From assembly GCA_964199315.1 (NCBI GenBank), contig OZ116706.1, forward strand, positions 16,554,001 through 16,618,000: 64,000 nucleotides of DNA, read 5' to 3'. The notes under the pieces were generated by a model. That model saw only the letters and a list, made by a program, of their open reading frames with translations, was not told where the DNA came from and ran no database searches. This document shows, piece by piece, positions 58,201 to 64,000 of the stretch (position 1 is its first letter; each line of letters starts with the position of its first letter). The stretch is from Orbicella franksi. Taxonomy: Eukaryota. The translations under genes were made by a program, and so were the position numbers.

Positions 58201-61200
58201 AGCAATCAAAGGCATTACAAAAGGGTTGCATTACAGGAAAAGTTCCCTAGGTAAAAAATCTTACCCATCAATGAGACTGGTTTTCCAAGAAATATGTGTG
58301 CACTGGCACACAGATTGTACAATAATGAAAAACCCTTCTAAAGCTAATAATGCCTGCCTCTAGTACCTTTCTGTTCAGTACGTTTCTGGTGATCTTCTTT
58401 ATTGGACGAGTTATTGAACACCAGTTCCTTCTGTGCTTGCCTGATTATCTCACTAGGATTGTCAAGGTTGGCAACCCTGTTATCTGGTTTAGGTAGTTCC
58501 ATATTAGCTGTCACCTCAACTTCTGAAAAAAAAAAACGTAATATTATTGTAAATCTAGTTGGAAATGTTTCAGGTACTTTCACAACTACCTAACTGGACT
58601 AAGTACACTAAAAACAAATACAAATTATGCCACGTTGGTTTTACTCTACAAGACTGGTTTCACAGGTTATTAGAAGATCTCTTGGTTCTGACTGCATGAA
58701 AAGAAAAAGTCTGGATTCTGGGACAGAAAAATGTCGCAGCAAGTATCTCTGGGTAGTATCTCTGTACATTTAAAGAGAGAGTTTCACAATTTATTGCATG
58801 GTTGAGCTATGGCAATGAATGCTAAGCACTCATACCTGTTGTGGCCTGTTGTGTCACTGGAGAAACGGGTTCATAAACATGCGCGATAGTGTTCTCAACT
58901 AGCAAGGAAAACGACAAAAATAAGCCCAAGCTTAGTGACAGTAAAGAACTGTGATAAATGTAGATAGGCCCTTATGTTGTTGTTGCTGCTATTGTTGTCG
59001 ATGTCGTCATCAACAAACCTAGAATATCAAAACTAAGTTGTCCCCTGGTTATTTTTACCATAAATGTAAACATTCAATAGAAAGAATGATTTTTCTCCTT
59101 TTTATTCTAACATCAAAATAATACAATGCTGAAATTTAGCCACAATTTATCTTGTCTCCTCAGGTTGTTTACTGATGTCACCAGATGATGATCGCAGCAA
59201 TTTCATTCAGACATCTCTATCAAGAGTAAGCAACTCAAGGAGACAACTGAAATTCTGCTTAATGAAACCTCTCATTCTGCACGCAAATTATTAACACACA
59301 CGTCATTTGACAATATTCACCTGTTGTTGATACATGCATACATATATGCATGTATCCTCACACAGGTTAATGAGCAAGCATTAAAGAATGTATATAAAAA
59401 ACCATTTTCTGTATAATGTAGTTGTTTAGAGGGGACTGAGGAAGTACCTTGCGAAATAACATGCTGCACTGTAAACAGGGTTTTCATTAATTGAAAGCAT
59501 ACACCACACCCTGACCTCAAGCCCCCTCTCTTAACAGCCTTAACAGTCTTCAGAAAAAGACAGTCAAGGTTCAGTCACATTCCAAAAGTGGGCAGCTCAG
59601 AAATTGAAGTAGCCAATTTTGTTTGGCTGACAGCCAGCTCTTGATGAGAATCCCACTCTATATATATGAATATGTGATAGAATGGCACTCAAAAGAGTGG
59701 AGAAAAAGTTACTTATGCAAAGTACATAATGTGGTATCAGTACCTGTGATGGGTTGGTCTGGAGGAATTGCCCATATGGCAGGGTTATCCTTCTTCCTTA
59801 TTTTACCATCAACAAGTTCTACAGCTTCACTGCCTTTTAGAGCCTGTAACATTTCAAAAGAATTGTCCAACATGTAAGTAACACATCACATTGTGATAAT
59901 AAAATTAAATAAACCTACCAAGGTATGTAAGGAGTTTAAATTATCACCTTGAAGCACAATGAGTCATATCAAAACATGATCTTGATAAAGCAAGAGTACA
60001 ATTAAATTTATAGCCTGTCCACTCGCAAGGTATCTGAGGAGGTTATTTATCACCTTGAAAAACAACAGTCATATTAGACATGGCCCTTGATGCAGAACAG
60101 CAGCACTTTCCTCCAAGGAACAGATTTCTACCTTGAATGCACATGATGCTCCTTAGCATTGCATGCATAGACTACAATCAATGTGTACAAACCTCTAAGA
60201 TAAGGTTAAAGTCCTGTGTGAGTGCTTGAACTCTATAGAAGCTTGCGATCAGTCCAATAGGAATAAAACCTTCACTGTCCATCTGTGGGAAATTCAACAA
60301 CAAGCGTGAACTTCAAAAATTTAAAAATAAAAAAGGCACATGTTCATTTGATAAACACTATGCACAAGACAACATAAGTTGTCTTCATACCTGGCGTCTC
60401 AAGAAGATGTCTTTCTGAAGATTCTGTTCACTGAAGTAGTACTCTCTGCAATAAAGAAACAAAAGATCAACTAGTGATCCAAAATGCACAGTTTTCTTAG
60501 AACACATGACGGCTTATGTAGGATGCACACTGTATCATCAACAAGCTTCAGTTGCCCACCGTGATCTAAGCTGGCTACTTTGCTGAGCTATTTGCCAGAT
60601 TCTTTGGAAAAAGATGGCATAATCAGCTGTCTATTCAGACAACAAAAGGGCTTCAAAACTTTGTGACAACCTTTGTAAGCCTTCCATAAACTGGCCACAA
60701 TGAAACTGCTCAATTCCAGAAATTGTAAAAAGTAACATAGACCTAAAATGGGGGCAACAACAAATTTTCCCTCAAGCAAAAACTGAACTTACATTTGGTT
60801 CTTGACATACTCTTTCAGGGTGCCGTTGTCCAAAGTTACAGCTGTGGCAGGCATGTAGTTCCCAGAATTGTAGTAAAAGTTGGTGTTGTAAGGTTGATTG
60901 GAACCATACTGTGGCTGTGCAAAGTAAGTTGTTCCATTATACATCTGATACCCAAACTGTTGTCGGTAGGCTGAGTTGTATGGCATCTGTTGATGACCAT
61001 CTCCTAAAACCAAACATTAACAAGGTTACACACCATAAATAAGTGTGTGCTTAAAGAGGCATCTGCCAATGGGAATTACTAAAAACTGAATCATTGGATA
61101 ATGCAATTTGAGAGTTTTCATCAGCTTAGCCATCATGGGTTATGAGCCATTATACCATGCTCTACAAGTATGGTCAGCAAACGAGTGACTTTTTGAGGCA

Positions 61201-61630
61201 TTTTTTTTTTATTTTAGTGTAGTTTTCTATATTGTGCTTGTTGGATATGAGATGATTATAGGTAACTCATATCCAACACACCCTCATGGGATAATTGTTA
61301 TGTATATTTGCAAAAACAGGTTCAAACAAACCATACTGTTTGCACGACTGATATTGTTACCTCTTGGTGAGCGCTGTCGTCCCCGACCACCACGCCCACC
61401 TCTCATTCCTCCACGTCCACCCCTACCACCCCTAACAGGGGATATGTTTCCAGGCGTGCCACCTGAATTGAACCTGTTGGTGGGCGATTTAGCTGGCTTT
61501 GGGTTGACAGCTGTCGGGGAGGCAGCTTCTGGTGATGTTGGCGATTTGTCTGACACAGCGTCATTGCTAGAATTTTCTGTGGCACCTTCAGCTCCTTCAA
61601 GATTCAAAGGGACCCATTTTTGACGACCAC
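48804..61630 (-). CDS. LARP1: La-related protein 1 (LARP1), 5'-partial, 20 exons in window, about 922 aa visible
   Basis: Exons 5'-3': 61630-61361, 61003-60793, 60445-60391, 60282-60193, 59843-59744, 58898-58836, 58522-58367, 57990-57914, 57717-57620, 56538-56364, 55616-55575, 53779-53423, 52835-52738, 52046-51886, 51336-51249, 50832-50776, 50534-50425, 50053-50004, 49861-49781, 49235-48804. Phases are consistent. Motifs: KWVPL, La motif ([31 protein letters not shown]), [25 protein letters not shown]15 ([57 protein letters not shown]). Confidence 0.96.
49781..49861 (-). CDS. LARP1: LARP1 exon ([20 protein letters not shown])
   Basis: 81 nt, phase 0-0. Confidence 0.95.
50004..50053 (-). CDS. 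LARP1: LARP1 exon: DM15 ([16 protein letters not shown])
   Basis: 50 nt, phase 1-0. Confidence 0.96.
50425..50534 (-). CDS. LARP1: LARP1 exon: DM15 ([18 protein letters not shown])
   Basis: 110 nt, phase 2-1. Confidence 0.96.
50776..50832 (-). CDS. LARP1: LARP1 exon: DM15 ([14 protein letters not shown])
   Basis: 57 nt, phase 2-2. Confidence 0.96.
50961..51211. mobile_element. MITE in LARP1 intron (family of 34350-34596)
   Basis: ccaggttgttcaaaag...ttttgaacaatcc. Confidence 0.75.
51249..51336 (-). CDS. LARP1: LARP1 exon: DM15 ([20 protein letters not shown])
   Basis: 88 nt, phase 1-2. Confidence 0.96.
51886..52046 (-). CDS. LARP1: LARP1 exon: start of DM15 ([21 protein letters not shown])
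   Basis: 161 nt, phase 2-1. Confidence 0.96.
52738..52835 (-). CDS. LARP1: LARP1 exon ([20 protein letters not shown])
   Basis: 98 nt, phase 0-2. Confidence 0.95.
53423..53779 (-). CDS. LARP1: LARP1 exon: Pro/Ser-rich region with PAM2-like motif, [16 protein letters not shown]
   Basis: 357 nt, phase 0-0. Confidence 0.92.
55575..55616 (-). CDS. LARP1: LARP1 mini-exon ([14 protein letters not shown])
   Basis: 42 nt, phase 0-0; supplies the conserved DLW after YYEQ. Confidence 0.92.
55686..56242. mobile_element. piggyBac-like non-autonomous element
   Basis: Perfect 15-bp TIR ccctttgaataccaa / ttggtattcaaaggg; TTAA on both sides (55682-55685, 56243-56246). Confidence 0.88.
56364..56538 (-). 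CDS. LARP1: LARP1 exon ([17 protein letters not shown]...[10 protein letters not shown])
   Basis: 175 nt, phase 2-0. Confidence 0.96.
56541..56565. repeat. (CAAA)n microsatellite forming the polypyrimidine tract of a LARP1 acceptor
   Basis: Reads (TTTG)6-TAG on the minus strand. Confidence 0.85.
56761..57490. mobile_element. Non-autonomous DNA transposon with CAGGG termini (hAT-like ends)
   Basis: TIR cagggtccgaa / ttcggaccctg; subterminal ggcgac/gtcgcc motifs; cacat directly repeated on both flanks. Confidence 0.78.
57620..57717 (-). CDS. LARP1: LARP1 exon ([13 protein letters not shown])
   Basis: 98 nt, phase 0-2. Confidence 0.95.
57914..57990 (-). CDS. LARP1: LARP1 exon ([12 protein letters not shown])
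   Basis: 77 nt, phase 1-0; resembles the vertebrate WIEVKKR motif. Confidence 0.92.
58367..58522 (-). CDS. LARP1: LARP1 exon: linker ([11 protein letters not shown]...EQK)
   Basis: 156 nt, phase 1-1. Confidence 0.82.
58836..58898 (-). CDS. LARP1: LARP1 probable symmetric exon ([20 protein letters not shown])
   Basis: 63 nt, phase 1-1; acceptor ttttccttgctag, donor gtatga; frame open. Confidence 0.65.
59744..59843 (-). CDS. LARP1: LARP1 exon: end of La motif ([21 protein letters not shown])
   Basis: 100 nt, phase 0-1. Confidence 0.94.
60193..60282 (-). CDS. LARP1: LARP1 exon: La motif ([21 protein letters not shown])
   Basis: 90 nt, phase 0-0. Confidence 0.96.
60391..60445 (-). CDS. LARP1: LARP1 exon: La motif ([18 protein letters not shown])
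   Basis: 55 nt, phase 2-0. Confidence 0.96.
60793..61003 (-). CDS. LARP1: LARP1 exon: Tyr/Gln/Asn-rich linker and start of La motif
   Basis: 211 nt, phase 1-2; ends LKEYVKNQ. Confidence 0.93.
61361..61630 (-). CDS. LARP1: LARP1 exon: KWVPL motif and RGG-rich segment
   Basis: 270 nt, phase 1-1. Confidence 0.92.
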
Positions 61631-64000
61631 CTGTAAATCAGTTGAAAATAATATTACTAATATAAATGGAATTTCAACCCTCCTTGAAAAAGATTGATTA
61701 GTTTCAACTCAGAGTTTCAGGTAATCCCAGATTACCCTTATTTATCAATTACCAATGGAGAACTGATATCTCAACAATGTTTTGTTTGGATTACCAGGTA
61801 AACAGAGAAGAATAAACAAACGAATATTTGTCTAGGGGCACAAACGTATTGCAGTCACGAGCCAGTTTACAAGATATCTGATACAAAATTACTAAACTGT
61901 ACTGTTCTCAGGAATGAAAAAGTATCTTCTATGGTTTGAGATCAAAGGGATGAATCACGCTTAAAAAAAACAAAAACAAAAAAAACAGAGCCATACCATT
62001 GTGTTTGTGGACCAGTATCATTGAAACTATATCACTCTTGGATTATTCATTCAATATAGACTTTCTGGTACCTCCAAACTTTCAGTAACAAACTCTGAAT
62101 ACTCTAAGTTAATGAAAACCAAATATTCCTATCAATACCTGTTCTAATAGAAACATTTGGTGTATTTGGTGAAACACTGTTCAACAAAACAATATCCCCC
62201 AGTTTAAATTTACTTTCTCATTACCTGTTTGCTTAATGTATAGAAATTTCAAGGAGAAATTAGATTTTGGACATTTTAGCAACTCAACCTGATTAGATCT
62301 ATCACACAAGTACAGGAATGAATGGAATTGGACAAAATATCCAGATATTTTCTCTCCTTACTTGCACAATTAATTACTAAACAAATGCACTTTCTGCTTT
62401 GCTGACTTTTTTTTCACTTATAAATCAGACGGTAACAAAAAATGCACTGTAGTTATACTTTTTATGATGCTAACTCTCCAAAATTACCTGATTTGACTGA
62501 CATACTTACGGGTTAAAAATATAAACATATGCTACCCTTTATGGAAGCCATTTTGCAAATACTGGCAAGATAAAACTGCAATATTCTTGCATACAAAATA
62601 ATTATTAAAGAGAGCAACAAGCAATGCAATAAAACAGTGCAAAGAAAGCTCTCTTATATAGGACACTTCTATTACATGTGCTGGTTTGTTCAAAAAAGAA
62701 ATTTGAGAATTTTTGTTTGGTGATTAACTTACAATAAAATCCCTTTTGAAAACATTCGTTACAGTAAACAATCTGCACTGGAAGTTGCCAAAAAAAAAAA
62801 AACTGGATAGTTATGTAGCATTTTTTTTTCTGACATGGATTTCCCCCCTTTTTGGAAAACATGAAGACTAAGCTGGAATGTTGATAAAATCCCCCCCCCC
62901 CCCGCAAAAAAAAAAAACACATTCAAGTTATATCTGCCCCTACAATGTGACCATAAATTGACATTAAACAAAAAGAATGACACTCTCTTATTGAAGCAGC
63001 CTAGCAACCAACCACGAGACAAACTATTTCTTTGTACCTTTAGCTTTTACATTTTGTGACAAAAGTAGGTTATATTTACTCTCAAACAAGACTAGAGATG
63101 CAAAGTTCTAATAATACATCATTTATCATCCTTGAAAACAATGTACAACTCTGTATGTAGCCAAAAAAGACCAAACAAATCAGGCAAACATGATGCCAAT
63201 TAGCCTAATGACAGAATAAAAACAGCTGCAACAATTACACACATTGCACAAGCCTGTCCAACAAATTTTTTTTTCTCTGACCATACTTAAGGGGAACATC
63301 CACTAACAGCAGAACTGCATTAGTAAGGATGATGATTAGTAAAGATGCAAGTGCCCTCATACTAAAAATGTCACAAAACCTTTCTTGAGCAATAATGAGG
63401 AATGGTATACTACCATGGCAACAATTTTTGTTTGTTTGTTTATTTGGGTTTTTTTTTTAAATAACCAAATCAAACTTATGGTTCAAAATTCTTAATACTG
63501 CTCACAATAACTTTGTACTAACAAACATACAGTATTATGAAAATCAGAAATGAAAAAAGGGGATTGCACTTTAGAATGCCATATTACTGTAACAGAATTC
63601 TTAATGAGACAGTGTTAGCACTGAAAAGTAGAATTATGCAACACAGATTGCAATACCTGTAGCTGAAGAAGAAAGTGGTGATTTGTTTCCCTGGAGCTGA
63701 ATCAAGCTCGGAGGTCATTTTGCAGATTATCAGTTACTGTATTTATTATGAGCTTCACTTGGGGGATTTTTCAGTGGATAGACATTAGCAATAACTCTTT
63801 CTCTGAGATGACTGGCCAAAATTTCCAATGACAATCAGGTTTTTTGATCATCAAGGATCATCAATGACATTATATATGTGTCACCAAAAAATTTGCTTGC
63901 ACTTGCTAAGACAATGTTGATCTCCAGTTTAATTTCAATTTTGGTTTTAGACAGTGTCTGAATTATAATAGTAGTATTTTTAATTGACAGAAATGTTGGT

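Noticed and set aside
63657-63725. Donor-like CAG|GTATTG as an upstream LARP1 exon
   Set aside because: The phase-1 frame needed has a stop a few codons upstream with no convincing acceptor; the LARP1 5' exons probably lie beyond the window
1-64000. tRNA, rRNA, snoRNA genes and U12-type introns
   Set aside because: None recognised by eye and all called introns have ordinary GT-AG U2-type signals; an Infernal/tRNAscan run is needed to exclude small RNAs

Overview
This is eukaryotic, intron-rich, AT-rich genomic DNA, most likely from a cnidarian such as a stony coral. That assignment is inferred from the repeat families and protein sequences, not verified. Two convergent protein-coding genes can be rebuilt exon by exon with consistent splice phases. 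(1) KIDINS220/ARMS is on the + strand, CDS 7909-30548, with 18 coding exons and about 1702 aa. It encodes ankyrin repeats, a KAP P-loop NTPase with 4 TM helices, a SAM domain and a disordered tail ending in a PDZ ligand. (2) LARP1 is on the - strand, with 20 exons from 61630 down to 48804 and its 5' end outside the window. It encodes an RGG region, La motif, a PAM2-like motif and the DM15 region. Introns and the 18-kb intergenic interval hold many MITE-like non-autonomous elements and tandem repeats. No rRNA, tRNA, CRISPR array or intact transposase was recognised. The most interesting unexplained signals are: a chain of phase-compatible orphan exons on the - strand at 39.7-44.3 kb (possible hidden small gene or pseudogene); signs of internal promoters in both genes (tandem RFX X-boxes with an ATG-donor exon in frame with KIDINS220 exon 9, a CRE cluster, and a CpG-rich island with orphan exons inside LARP1); and short linear motifs apparently relocated relative to the vertebrate orthologues. 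I see no evidence for a wholly new biological system; these are testable hypotheses.
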